64,000 nucleotides of DNA from Octopus sinensis (lineage: Eukaryota). Shown in pieces: positions 1-12,641 of this stretch. The DNA lies in assembly GCF_006345805.1 (NCBI RefSeq), contig NW_021833029.1:25535-89534 (forward strand), written 5' to 3'. Below the pieces are notes generated by a model that worked only from the letters and a program-made list of their open reading frames with translations, did not search any database and was not told the DNA's origin. Numbering within the stretch: position 1 is the first letter of the stretch; the number at the start of each line of letters is the position of its first letter. Position numbers and translations under genes: made by a program.

Positions 1-1850
1 CAAAGAGAAATAACGACCAAATTTCCCTCAATTTACACCCCATTATCTTTACAATCAAAGACAAAGATACATTTGATAAAGTAATCTTAGAGACAACCTA
101 AATCGACGTGATTGTAGCGTTTGGAATACTGTTGACCGTAGATCTACTTGAGTGGGTCGACTTAGGACTAAACATCAACTCTACCAACCTTCTGTTTCCA
201 ATCGAATCCATCCCAATAATACACGGGGCTTCGTACTGATTGCCTAAAACCTCTCCATCGATTTCTTTACGTTGCTGATATCGTTGTTCTTTTAGCCTAA
301 GTCATCTTTTATCGATCAGTTCTATTATCAAAGGCGTTCGCTCTGAGGCCATCCAATTCGTTTTTTTATATGCAAAGAACCTTGTACTACATTATTAAAG
401 TGTCTTCTTTGTTGTATGAAGGTACGTGTGTGAGTTGAAGAAGAATTGGCTGTTATTTCTAGCAAATTGCGAGTCCACTTAAAAGCTCCCACGTTAGGAT
501 GCATTGTTGTTGTTATTGCTTTTGAACAACAACGACCACAATGCGGGAGCATTAAAACAGAATGCTATATGAACCGCAGTGTATATGATACAATGTATAC
601 GTGTGTGTGTGTATGAGTGAGTACGTGAGCGAGTGCATGTGTATATGCGTATGGGTATCTGGTATGTGAGTGTGTACACGTGTGCACATGCACACACATA
701 ATTTCCTAGTTTTTACGTGAACTATGATGTCCTTCCTGCTCAGGACCTCTGTGGAGGCTATGAATGCTTTTCAGCTCTGCTTAGAGAGCAAATATGGACG
801 ATGTAATTAGCTTCCAGCTTTCTGTGACTCTCTCACTGAGATAAGTGATAAAATTAATCAGATAGTCGCGGCATGGGAGAAAATTCGATTCTAGTTTAGT
901 TTCTAGAATATTTTATTATTTTCTCTTGTTAGTTATTTTAATTTTCTCGTTCTCGAATTTTTTTGTGACTATTATTTTTGCAGTTGTTGTTATTGCTACA
1001 CATATTCATGATGATGTTATTACATATTTTATATATTAATTCATCTATTCATTTATGTATTTAATGCCTCTTAATAATTTACTTCGTAAATATACGTGTG
1101 TATTATAAATATCCATATGGATGTGTGCTTCTTTATTAATAATTTAGTTTATAAGTAAATACGTATATGATATCTGTCCGCGGTGGGTTAAACACGATGT
1201 ATGAGTAAGAGAATTAGTGGCGACAGAGGCAGGGTCCTTACTTTCATAATATTCCTATTTTAAACTCGTTAGAGGAAAGTGAATCTTCTTGGCAGTGAGG
1301 GGGTAAAAACGCATTAAATGTGAGAAATTTCGAAGAAAAATTTCTATCGACGAACGATGAACTGATACCTGGTGGAAATCAATGCTTAAAAATCAGATAG
1401 GAGCGACCACTATCTATTTTCATGCACTTTATTGTTACTATACATTTTTTTCATTTCTTTTCTTTTTTCCTTTTTTTAGAAAAAAAAGTAAAACTTTAAT
1501 GTTTCACTTACTCTATCACTGCGTTCTTTCAATGTATTTTTTTTTCTTGCTTTACTTTCTGTCTTTCTGTTTTCGTCTTTCCTTTCTTTTTCTTCATTTC
1601 TTTCTTCTCATTCTTATTCTTTTATTTTTTTTTCTATTTATTATTTTTATTTATAAACTTTTTTTTTATTTTTTGCTCATTCACTTTTATTTACTGCATT
1701 ACCTTCTTAGTTTTGCTTTCCGATCGTTCAGCAAAAATATTTCTGGAAGATTGAATTTTTTTTTATAGTATTTTTTGTTGTTTTTTTTTCTTTCCAGATA
1801 TAACACAAATATTAAAAAAAAGAATAAAACTTTAATTCAAAACAACGTTC

Positions 1851-2030
1851 ATGGATTTTTTTTTACTGTTGTTGCTGCTGTTGGTGGTGGTGGTGGTGCT
1901 AATGCTGCTGCTGTTAGTGCTGCTGCTGTTAGTGCTGCTGGTGGTGCTAATGCTGCTGCTGTTAGTGCTGCTGGTGGTGCTAATGGTTTTGTTGTTATTG
2001 ATGTGGCTGTATTTAATATATAACACAATA
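1851..2030. repeat. Degenerate (GCT/GTT/GGT)n trinucleotide tract with internal ~45-bp duplication
   Basis: GGTGGTGCTAATGCTGCTGCTGTTAGTGCTGCTG occurs twice; explains the low-complexity ORFs here. Confidence 0.8.
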
Positions 2031-2151
2031 ACTAATTTCCTTGGCCTTTCTACAAGCTGGCATTCCAGTACATATATATGTGTATATATCTATATTTTAG
2101 TATATTATTATATATAATACATATATACGCATGTATTCGTGTGTATATGCG

Positions 2152-2210
<59 letters not shown>

Positions 2211-2235
2211 ATATACTCTTTTACTCTTTTACTTG

Positions 2236-2620
2236 TATTTGTATTGTTTTTACGTCCTGTTTTTGTCACATTTTTTTCTTTCCTTGTTTTTACCCCTCTG
2301 CAAAGGAATTTTATTTAATTCTTTCGCAGGAAGGTCTAGTGCGACGAGTCGTGTTCTGTCCTTACCTTCGAAACACACATGGAGTCGAACTAGGGACAGC
2401 TGATGAAGGCGAATTTTCCTTGTGCTGTTTGTCTTGTACTCTGTTTTTCGTTGTTAAAAAAAGGTCCGTTTCCATGTTTGTTTTTACGTTTTCGTTTCTC
2501 GTTGAGTTCTACGTCTATTTGTGGTGTCCTGTACTCACGTATATATATTTATATATGCATGTATATATACATGTAGATGTAGGTACGTACATATATGTAT
2601 GCATATATTTTATTTATTAA
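2236..2620. repeat. ~390-bp unclassified repeat, copy 1 (direct repeat of 3065-3462)
   Basis: Colinear, highly similar to 3065-3462 (e.g. CCCCTCTGCAAAGGAATTTTATTTAATTCTTTCGCAGGAAGG, GGTCCGTTTCCATGTTTGTTTTTACG). Confidence 0.9.
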
Positions 2621-3064
2621 ATTATTGCATGACTGAGCGCCCTCGCGTCGTTTCGTTTCCTTTCTGTTCTCCAAGTAAGTTTTTATGTATAATTATGACG
2701 CGAAACTCTATAACCCTTTGCTTGACCTTCCCTTCCTTCCTATCTGTCTTCCTCTTTGCCTGTCTCTCTCCTTATTTTTCACTCCTTCTTATTTTTCACC
2801 CTTTCTGGTTTCCTTTCCTCTCTATCTCTCTCTCTCTCTCTCACTCCTCCTCATCTCTCTCACTTCTCCTCATCTCTCTCACAGCCGGGTCGACCAACTT
2901 CCTTTCGCTGGCGCCTCCTACAAGTGAACACGCTTTTTTCCTGCACTCTTGAATTTTTCCTTGTCTAGGCTAAAAAAAGGCCCTCATTGTTTGTTTCTTT
3001 GTTTGTTTTTATTTCTTGTACTGTATTTTTTTGTATTTGATTTTTTATTTTGTATTTGTTTTTT

Positions 3065-3462
3065 TATTTGTATTGTTTTTACGTCCTGTTTTTGTCACAT
3101 TTTTTCTGTCCTTGATTTTACCCCTCTGCAAAGGAATTTTATTTAATTCTTTCGCAGGAAGGGCTAGTCGACGAGTTGTTTTCTGTCCTTACCTTCGAAA
3201 TACGCATGGAGTCGAACTAGGGACAACTGATGAAGGGGAATTTTCCTTATGTTGTTTGTCTTGTACTCTGTTTTTTCGTTGTTAAAAAAAGGTCCGTTTC
3301 CATGTTTGTTTTTACGTTTTCGTTTCTCGTTGAGTTCTACGTCTATTTGTGGTGTCCTGTACTCACATATATATATATTTATATATGCATGTATATATAC
3401 ATGTAGATTTAGGTACGTACATGCATGTATGTATGTATGTATGCATATATTTTATTTATTAA
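3065..3462. repeat. ~390-bp unclassified repeat, copy 2
   Basis: Direct repeat of 2236-2620. Confidence 0.9.
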
Positions 3463-3488
3463 TTTATATATATATATATATATATATA

Positions 3489-3899
3489 CTCTTTTACTCT
3501 TTTACTTGTTTCAGTCATTTGACTGCGGCCATGCTGCAGCACCGCCTTTAGTCGAGCAACTCGACCCCGGGACTTATTCTTTTTGTAAGCCCAGTACTTA
3601 TTCTATCGGTCTCCTTTTGCCGAACCGCTAAGTGACGGGGGCGTAAACACACCAGCATCGGTTGTCAAGCAATGCTAGAGGAACAAACACAGACACACAA
3701 ACATACATATATATATATATATATATATACATATATACGACAGGCTTCTTTCAGTTTCCCTCTACCAAATCCACTCACAAGGCATTGGTCGGCCCGGGGC
3801 TACAGCAGAAGACATTTGCCCAAGGTGCCACGCAGTGGGACTGAACCCGGAACCATGTGGTTGGTTAGCAAGCTACTTACCACACAGCCACTCCTGCGC
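3489..3899 (-). mobile_element. tRNA-headed SINE family 1, full length
   Basis: Minus strand: GCGCAGGAGTGGCTGTGTGGTAAG head (A-box-like), GGTTCAGTCCC (B-box-like), body GGCAAATGTCTTCTG, internal (TA/TG)n, tail GCGGTGCTGCAGCATGGCCGCAGTCAAATGACTGAAACAAGTAAAAGAG; multiple copies in window. Confidence 0.9.
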
Positions 3900-4014
3900 A
3901 CATATACACACACATATATATATATACATATATATGTACATTTATATATATACACACACATACACACGCACACACACACACGCACACGCACATATATATA
4001 TATATATATTTCTC

Positions 4015-4155
4015 AACTAAAACTGTCCGACGAACGGGAATTTGATACTCTGAGTAACAGCTTTTTATGTTTTTGCAGCTTTATTTATAAAGCATATAGC
4101 ACTACCTCTGATATTCGAGTGCAATTTTTTTCCACCTTATTTATGTGCTTATTCT

Positions 4156-4158
<3 letters not shown>
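4015..4158 (+). mobile_element. Short repeat with degenerate hammerhead-like motif (4023-4060); related to 9071-9213
   Basis: CTGT-CCGACGA-A...GATA-CTC-T-GAGT-A-ACAG; shares GAGTAACAGCTTTT, AAAGCATAT and TACCTCTG with 9071-9213; sits between (TA)n tracts. Confidence 0.5.
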
Positions 4159-4237
<79 letters not shown>

Positions 4238-4506
4238 TATAATATATATATATACATTCATTATATATACATTGAATATGTAGATATGGTTCTAATCAAA
4301 GTTGTGAAGCACATCTGCTTATTCCAGTACTCCTATGTTGTACGTAGATGTCATATTTGTGTGACGTATTCATAACAGTTGAAAACTACAGGAAAATATA
4401 TTGAGTTATTACATATCAAAACAGGGGATTGTAAAAAAAAATGTTGACATTATTTAGTTACTAGTATACGTGCTTCATTTGCTATTAAGAGTTACAAAAT
4501 TGTATA

Positions 4507-4782
4507 GGCGCAGGAGTGGCTGTGTGACTGAGTGGCTTGCTTACCAACTCCATAGTTCCGGGCCCAGTCCCACTGCGTGGCACCTTGGGTAAGTGTCTTC
4601 TGCTACAGACTCGAGCCGACCAAAGCCTTGTGAGTGGATTTGGTAAACAGAAACTGAAAGAAGCCCGTCGTATATATGTATATGTGTATATATGTGTGCG
4701 TGTGTTTGTGTGTCTGTGTTTGTCCTCCAGCATCGCTTGACAACCGATGCTAGTGTGTTTACGTCCCTGTAACTTAGCGATT
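4507..4782 (+). mobile_element. SINE family 1, 3'-truncated
   Basis: GGCGCAGGAGTGGCTGTGTG head and body match 3489-3899 and 18070-18476. Confidence 0.9.
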
Positions 4783-5260
4783 CCACTGGCCAAAATCAAG
4801 ATCCATTATAAAAGAGCGCTGGATTGACAGAATAGTTAGTGTCAGAAAAACTGCTGCTTTTTTTTGTATTTCTTTCGGCTTTTTATGTTTGAAGTTCAAA
4901 TCCCACCATGGTCAGCTTTACCTTTAATTCCTTCCGGATGGATACAATAAAGTATTGCTCTTTAGTGTTTTTAAAGCTATTAAAGTCAACTGGACTGAAG
5001 AGATACCCTAGAACTTGATTAACATTTTAAATTTTGTTGGGGTACTTTCTGATTAGCAATTAGACAACAGGTAGGAATTTTTCAGTCACTTTTTTTTGTC
5101 AAGTCTTTAACACTATTAGCCACAACTTCTGATTATCTCAGGAAAATTTCATCATAGATAAGGCCAGTGGTGTTTGGAACATATGGATTAGGCTGCAGAA
5201 AACATTTTCCTGATACGGGTACAGGGAGAGAAAAGCAATCTTTGGAGAGTTGGTTTACGG

Positions 5261-5402
5261 TGCGATGGACTGGCGTCCCGTCCAGCTGGGGAACACATAC
5301 GTCATAGAAACCGGGAAACCAGGCCCATGAGCCTGGCTAGGCTTTAAAAAGGCGCATTTATTATTTCATTAATATCTACACCTACTTAAACGCTTACATT
5401 TC
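5261..5402 (+). repeat. 3' half of SINE family 3 plus 3' flank, duplicated from 6415-6556
   Basis: TGCGATGGACTGGCGTCCCGTCCAGCT...GGCGCATTT followed by the same flank ACACCTACTTAAACGCTTACATTTC. Confidence 0.85.
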
Positions 5403-5599
5403 TAAAGGGTTTGATGATAGATTAGTCCTAGTGATGGTATCAAGATTTTACTAAATGAGGCTCTCTTTGGATGAAGAGAACACATTGATTTCATTACATT
5501 AAATATACTTCATGAAAAGTTATAAGATAGTATGACTAAGGAAGAGTTGTAAGATGTTGTATCGATTGAAGAAACTAACAAGTAGTAACATTGCAACTA

Positions 5600-6182
5600 C
5601 GTACTTTGGGGTCAGACCCTCTGCGTGAAACCTTTGTCAAGTGTCTTCTATTAGAGCCTTGGACTTTAAGGCGGCGAGCTGGCAGAAACGTCAGCACGCC
5701 GGGAGAAATGCGTAGCCGTATATCGTCTGCCGTTACGTTCTGAGTTCAAATTCAGCCGACGTTGACTTTGCTTTTCGTCCTTTCGGGGTCGATAAATTAA
5801 GTACCAGTTACGCACTGGGATCGATGTAATCGACTTAATCCGTTTGTCTGTCTTTGTTTGTCCTCTCTGTGTTTAGCCCCTTGTGGGTAGTAAAGAAAAA
5901 TATTAGAGCCTTGGACTGGCTAGTGCCTTATGAGGGAATTTCGTAGACAACAACTGTGTAGAAGTTGTCTGTGTGTATGTAGATGTGGATGTCTTTGTGT
6001 TTGTACTCACCACAACCACTTGACAACAGACATTGGTTTGTTAACATTCCCATAACTTAGTGGTTCGACAAAAGAAACCAGCGAGAGTGAAAAGAATAAG
6101 TACTGGGATCTATTTGGTCACCTAAATTCATGAAGGGGAAGCTCCAGCATGGCTGTTGCTCAAATAATGAAACAAGTAAAAG
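5600..6182 (+). mobile_element. Old SINE family 1 copy interrupted by a family 2 insertion
   Basis: Degenerate body (CAAGTGTCTTCTATTAGAGCC...) resumes after the TSD at 5901; tail AGCTCCAGCATGGCTG...GAAACAAGTAAAAG. Confidence 0.7.
5666..5900 (+). mobile_element. tRNA-headed SINE family 2, unit-length monomer with 17-bp TSD
   Basis: TSD TATTAGAGCCTTGGACT at 5649-5665 and 5901-5917; head AAGGCGGCGAGCTGGCAGAAACG, B-box-like GAGTTCAAATTC, tail TGTGTTTAGCCCCTTGTGGGTAGTAAAGAAA. Confidence 0.95.
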
Positions 6183-6262
6183 GAAGATGAAAAGGATCCA
6201 AACTATTTCAAAAGCTTATTGTTCGTACATCTATGGCATTTATAGCTCCTATATCTACACCT

Positions 6263-6525
6263 GTGGTGGCGCATGGCTTAGTGGTTACGGTGTCAGCATC
6301 ATGATCGTAAGATTGTGGTTTCGATTCCTGGACCGGGCGATGCGTTGTGTTCTTGAGCAAAACACTTCATTTCACGTTGCTCCATTCCACTCAGCTGGCA
6401 CAAATGAGTAACGCTGCGATGGACTGGCGTCCCGTCCAGCTAGGGAACACATATGCCATAGAAACCGGGAAACCGGGCCCATGAGCCTGGCTAGGCTTTA
6501 AAAGGGCGCATTTACTATTTTATTT
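6263..6525 (+). mobile_element. tRNA-headed SINE family 3, full length
   Basis: A box TGGCTTAGTGG, B box GTTTCGATTCC, body GTGTTCTTGAGCAAAACACTT and GCGATGGACTGGCGTCCCGTCCAG; near-perfect 12-bp TSD ATATCTACACCT (6251-6262) / ATATTTACACCT (6526-6537). Confidence 0.9.
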
Positions 6526-7191
6526 ATATTTACACCTACTTAAACGCTTACATTTCCTACATATACACCGATTTGTATGCTGATTTAATACCTTTGTGCA
6601 ATACTCAACATGTACAATGTTCAACATATACACTAACCGATGCTTCTACATCAGATAAAGTCATTACAGACAAAAATCTACATCAAAAGATGTCATAGGT
6701 TGTGAGAACCCCGAAACTATAAATAGAGAAACAGAGCTTATGATCTGCAAGTGTTCTGCTCTGGTCATCTGCAACCGTGGCTTTAGTGAAGAGAGGAAAA
6801 GAAGCACATGCTTTGTGTCCAATGAATTAATAAAGTTCTCACTTCTCGATAATGTGTCAACGGTTACCTAGAATAACAAGAAATCATGACTCTAAAAAAC
6901 ATCAAACAGCTGAATTTGGTACTCCAATTCGGGTCTCTCCGTTCCTGAGTATGTCGATGAACATGGAGACGCTCACAATATTTAGGTTGTCATCATGGAT
7001 AGCTAGGATGATTTCTTTCGGCTGAACATTGCACAAAGGTTTTAAAACAGCATATAAGTCAGATCGTAATGTTTTGTTTGCGTGCAAGAACTGTTTTTAA
7101 TGACATTGGACGACAACTCGGTAGACAAGCGAAATTTCTCTCAAATCACCAACAACACAACAATCTAAGTGAAGAACCATTCAAGTATATA

Positions 7192-7646
7192 TAGGTCGTC
7201 GACAACTTACGACCTATCCGACATACGACCGATCAACTTTATGACGATTGGCGCGCCAGCTCGCGGCAGCAATAATAAATAGTCCAGTTGGAATCTAATG
7301 GGTTTAATTTCTTAGAAATTAACCCGTCTACGGATGATGTCAGCTAACAAACGCATCCCCTGGGTTTGGTTATTGATCACCACTGTGATTATCCCAAATG
7401 TTGGATGAATATTTTGTCGCGGAGACATCGAGGCAACCTTGTATTTGTTTATAAGATAACTACTTGGGACTCCGAATTTTTTGACTAACGCCAGTATAAT
7501 AGTATAATACAAAATGCTGTGTGTGACTTTTACCCGAGAATACAACTTAAGAATGTGAAAATATAAAACAAAGCTGTGTAGGCTTATAGGCCGACTTACG
7601 ACCAATTAGTTGGAACCAATTGTGGTCGTAAGTCGACGATTACCTG
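7192..7646. mobile_element. pogo/Tigger-type MITE
   Basis: Imperfect ~25-bp TIRs (TAGGTCGTCGACAACTTACGACC / GGTCGTAAGTCGACGATTACCTG), TA on both sides, subterminal CGACTTACGACC-like repeats. Confidence 0.75.
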
Positions 7647-7707
<61 letters not shown>

Positions 7708-8157
7708 GTGTGTGTATGTGTATGTATGTACGTGTATGGGTGACAAAATTTCCAACTAACGAATCGTTTCCTTTCATGTGTCGTAAGACAATGTTGTAAG
7801 GAATTAAAAATAAAATTTTACCCTTTAGCTACGGAAAGTAAAAATATTTCACGGTGGTACACCAGCTTGGCCGCATCTCTCGATCTGAAACTTGTTAAAG
7901 AGCTGACGATTATATCCACACAAATTTCCTTATCCTTAACTGCGAAAGCAGTTCTACGTACCAGTCTATCTTCTGTTGACGAATGTCACGTTTCTAACTA
8001 TTTTCTGCTGATATATCTCAAGTCTACCTAGACAACGTGACTTGCAGAAAATACCAATTATATTTCACTAGATATTCAACATCATTACTGGAATAGCCAT
8101 AAAATTTAATTTCGCAGTTACTGAGTTAAGTTCAAAATGCTTCAACAGACAGATGAC

Positions 8158-8776
8158 TAAGGCGGCGAGCTAGCAGAAAAGTTAGCACGTCGGGCGAAAT
8201 GCTTAGCGGCATTTCGTCTGCCGCTACGTTCTGAGTGCAAATTCCGCCGAGGTCAACTTTGCCTTTCATCCTTTCGGGGTCGATAAATTAAGTACCAGTT
8301 ACGCACTGGGGTCGATATAATAGACTTAATCCGTTTGTCTCTCCTTGTTTGTCCTCTCTGTGTTTAGCCCCTTGTGGGTAGAAAAGAAATAGGTATTTCG
8401 TCTGCCGCTACGTTCTGAGTTCAAATTTCGCCGAGGTTAACTGTGCCTTTCATCCTTTCGGGGTCGAGAATTTAAGTACCACTTACACACTGGAGTCGAT
8501 GTAATCGATTTAATCCCTTTGTCTGTCCTCGTTTGTTCCCTCTATGTTTAGCCCCTTGTGGGCAATGAAAAAATAAGAAACGTTAACACGCCTGGCGAAA
8601 TGCTTTGCGGTATTTCGTCTGTCTTTACGTTCTGAGTTCAAATTCTGCCGAGGTCAACTTTCCCTGTCATCTTTTCGGAGTCGATAAATTAAGTAGACGT
8701 TACGTACTGGGGTCGATCTAATTGACCGGACCTCTCCCCCAAAATTTCGGACCGTATTCCTAGAGTAGAAGAGAAT
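8158..8776 (+). mobile_element. SINE family 2 trimer (units ~8158-8390, 8391-8577, 8577-8776)
   Basis: Three consecutive GTTCTGAGT(T/G)CAAATT...TCGA(T/G)AA(A/T)TTAAGTA bodies; first two end in tail a (TTTAGCCCCTTGTGGG), third in tail b (CTCCCCCAAAATTTCGG...CCTAGAGTAGAA). Confidence 0.9.
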
Positions 8777-8812
8777 AAAGAGAAGACTAAAATGAGGCAC
8801 CAGAGTATATTA

Positions 8813-9020
8813 ATTTTATTCTTTTATTCGTTTCACTCATTTGACTGCGGCTATGCTGGAGCACTGCCTTTAGTCGAACAAACCAACTCCAGGACTTATA
8901 CTTTGTAAGCCTAGTACTTACTGTGTCGGTCTCTTTTGCCGAACCGCTAAGTTACGGGGCACGTAAACGCACCAACATCGGTTGTCAAGCGATGGAGGGG
9001 GGACAAACACAGACACACAC
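8813..9020 (-). mobile_element. SINE family 1, 3' half
   Basis: TTGACTGCGGCTATGCTGGAGCACTGCCTTTAGTCGA...CCGAACCGCTAAGTTACGGGG. Confidence 0.85.
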
Positions 9021-9070
9021 ACTAATATTTACATACATACATACATATATATATGTGTGTGTGTGTGTGT

Positions 9071-9213
9071 ACTTTATTTAAAAGCAGCAGAAACAACTGT
9101 GAGTAACAGCTTTTGTTATATTTCTCCTGCTTTTAAATAAAGCATATTACTCTACCTCTGGTATTTGAGAACTCTTTTTGTCCACCTTTCACACTTCTGT
9201 GCTTACTCTGGTA
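9071..9213 (+). mobile_element. Short repeat related to 4015-4158, with inverted 5' segment
   Basis: ACTTTATTTAAAAGCAGCAG (9071-9090) is the reverse complement of internal CTCCTGCTTTTAAATAAAGC (~9124-9143). Confidence 0.6.
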
Positions 9214-9233
9214 TGTATATATATATATATATG

Positions 9234-9277
<44 letters not shown>

Positions 9278-9360
9278 ATCCAAAGAAGAAAGCACAAAAA
9301 AACACAACAACGCGGGGACGTGGAACAAATATAGTATTATTGGACGCTCAGGAAAGGAGG

Positions 9361-9395
9361 GTTTAACGTTTCGAGCGGAGCTCTTCGTCGGAAAC
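9361..9395 (-). ncRNA. Minimal type I hammerhead ribozyme-like motif (U4C variant) in a short repeat (~9280-9465)
   Basis: Minus strand: GTTT-CCGACGA-A-GAGC-TCC-GCTC-GAAAC-GTT-AAAC: 4-bp stem I, 4-bp stem II, palindromic AACGTT stem III, GUU site. Confidence 0.65.
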
Positions 9396-9462
9396 ATAGG
9401 AGAAGGAATGATCCAGAGAAGGGAAGACAGAGGAAGAAAATCGCCAGCGGTACACACGCGGT

Positions 9463-9519
<57 letters not shown>

Positions 9520-9532
9520 TATATATATACAT

Positions 9533-9724
9533 ATATACAACGTGCTTCTTTCAGTTTTCGTCTACTAAATCCACTCTCAAGGCTTTGGTTGGCCCGAAGC
9601 TATAGCAGAAGACACTTTCCCAAGGTTCACATGCAGTGAGACTGAATCCGGAACCATGATATGGTTGGAAAGCAAGCTCCTTACCACACAGCCACTCCTG
9701 TGTCTATAACTACTCCTGCGCCTT
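9533..9724 (-). mobile_element. SINE family 1, 5' half
   Basis: CTTCTTTCAGTTTTCGTCTACTAAATCCAC...TTACCACACAGCCACTCCTG. Confidence 0.85.
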
Positions 9725-10192
9725 TAGTGTAGATTTCAATAACAGTTCGCTTATAAAATCATTTCTCATCTTCGTTTTTTTATTATATTTATAATTAGTT
9801 TAAGCTTCATCGATTTCGAAAGGTTTGCTGTCCGGCATCTGATGTCTCTTATATTACACTTTGCTTTAAAAATTTATAGAAATCCGATAGAATACGTATT
9901 CTTTTCAAATCCTTAGGTAAAGTATATGAGGACAGACTGAAAGAAACTTATTTCGTAGTTTGCTCATATTTGCGACGTATTTTATCGAAAAACTCTTTCT
10001 GAAACAATGCCTTAGTCCCACACCCTGCCTATAATACACATATATAAACGTCTGTTTCTGTCTGTATTCATATATCTATATATCTATCTATCTATCTATA
10101 TATCTATCTGTATGTATGTCTGTCCGTCTATTTATCTTTATCTATCAGCAATCAACCTATCTTTATAGACAGACAGATAGACAGAGAGATAA

Positions 10193-10225
<33 letters not shown>

Positions 10226-10251
10226 TAGAGATGTATGTATGTCTGTATCTG

Positions 10252-10296
<45 letters not shown>

Positions 10297-10887
10297 GTTT
10301 GTGGGTATATGTGTATACATCTTTGTCCGTGTGTATGTATGTGTGTGTGTGTCCATGTGTGTGTGTGTGTGCGTGTGTGTTGAGCTTGTATTTGCGTGTA
10401 GGCACCACGCATATGATAATAAACGTAGATTAGTATTCAAAAGAATTGAGATGATATTCGTCAGTGAGAAGTCATCAATGACCAACTTATTAATAAACGT
10501 TCTGTCGACTGACGAAGAAAACAAAGATGCTAGTACATATTGTAAATTATATTAAATAAATAAACGGAAGATAAAATAGAAAGTGAACAAAGAAAACCAG
10601 TAATGAGATATAATTGGAATTACGCCGTTTAACTCATACTTCTTCATCTTTCGTTTTTCACCTTCTTTCATTCTTTCTTTCTTTCTTTCTTTCTTTATAT
10701 CTCGTCCTTCCCCACTTTCTTGCTCTTCCCTTCTCTCTATTTTTCATTCTCTTCCTTATACTTTATTTCTTTCACTCTCTCTCTCCCTTTCTCTCTCTCT
10801 CTTTTTCACTCTCTCTCCTTTCTGTCTGTGCTTCTTTTGTTTCTTCTGTACTTTCTTTCCTCTCTCTCTTTGTCTGACACCACATAT

Positions 10888-10932
<45 letters not shown>

Positions 10933-11046
10933 AACACACACAAACACACACACACGCACGCATGTATAATGTATGTATCTAGATAGATACATACATATTA
11001 ATAACATATACAATGTATGTATATATATATATTATATATATATATA

Positions 11047-11082
<36 letters not shown>

Positions 11083-12610
11083 CATATACAGGTGTATACA
11101 TATATATATATACACACATATATATATATACATATATACATATATACACACACATATATATACATATATATTATATATATATAGGTATGTAAGTATATAT
11201 ATGTATATATACATATATATATATATACACATATACATATATATGCAGATGTCTGTATGTGTGTGCGTGGATGTGTATACGGTGCGTGGTGCACGCGTGC
11301 CTGAGTTGTTGCGTCTTAATGCGTGTGCAAGGTGTAATACATAAGTAACCGTATGCGGAGGTGCGTGATTCATTCACCATTTATATTGCGTGAGAGAATA
11401 GTTGCGAAGTATAAAATATATACACAGAGAGAAAGTGTGTGTGTGTGTGTGGCAGTTGAAGTCTTGAAGACTCTATAGAATATCTAAGAATGAAACGCAA
11501 ATTCGGTATATTAGTGAGACGTAGGAATAATTAAGCCGTAGATTCTTTTCTTGAAGTATGAAGTACACAATATGTCGAAATTAAATGATCGATTGTTTAA
11601 CGTGAAAATCTAAGACATCTCTGTTTGATAATTTTGTTAATACACAAACATGAATACGTATACACACACACACTCACACACACACACATGCACGCACGAA
11701 CACATACACATATGTTTGTATTTGTATGCGTATCTCTGCCGATATGCGTGTGTGTGTGTAGATATATATAAATATACATACACACACACACACACATATA
11801 TATATATAATATATATATATATATATGTGTGTGTATATATATATATATATATTATATATATATATATTATATATATATATATGCGTGTATGTATATGCAT
11901 GTGTATGAAAGAACATATCTGCGCATATATATGCGTATGTGTGTATAATATATAGGTATATACGGTATTCTTATATACATATATATATACATGTGTGTGT
12001 ATATATATATATATATATATAGACATGTATATATATGTGTGTGTGTGCATTGGTGTGTATATGTATGTGTGCATCGTCGGCTATTAACAAAATTAACATA
12101 TTAACAGATGTGTGTGTGTGTGAGGATATGTGAGCGTGTGTTTGTGTGTGAGTGTATGTGAACCTGTGTGTCTGTGTATGAGTGTATGTAGTCGTGTTTG
12201 TTTGTGTATGTGGCGTGCACGGTCGTATTATGTTTGAAAAGATGTCGAAGAGAGGAGGAGAGAGAAGAGAGGTGAGAGTGATTTTTGCAAATGTGTTTCT
12301 TTTGACGTAGTTTTATTAACAAATGATGCCTCTTCATTTGGGTGTCTAGATTTTAATAGACATCTAATTCAAACTTAAATTCCATTAAGAGTCCTTTAAT
12401 TCCACTTCCATTAAGGCCCTGTCTCATGCTTATTGCCGATAATGATTATCAATTAGAATGGCAGACGTCTCATTCAAGTTGTTCTTTGGCTTAAATAACA
12501 TTTTTGAACAGGGTTTGCCTTCTGTTCTATAACAGCGGCAACACAGGAAATTTATTTCACCCAGCTGCTGCTACTGCTTCTGATGATGTTGTTGTTGTTG
12601 CTGCTACTGA

Positions 12611-12641
<31 letters not shown>

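Noticed and set aside
2370-2425. GAAA...GUC...CUGAUGA arrangement (also ~3195-3245 and minus ~60695-60740) as a permuted hammerhead
   Set aside because: Stems I and II cannot be paired in any permutation by eye, and no GAAA follows CUGAUGA.
5666-5900. Assigning SINE families to published names or core domains (OK/OR1/OR2, CORE, V, Nin, Meta)
   Set aside because: Resemblances are from memory only; a Dfam/Repbase alignment is needed.
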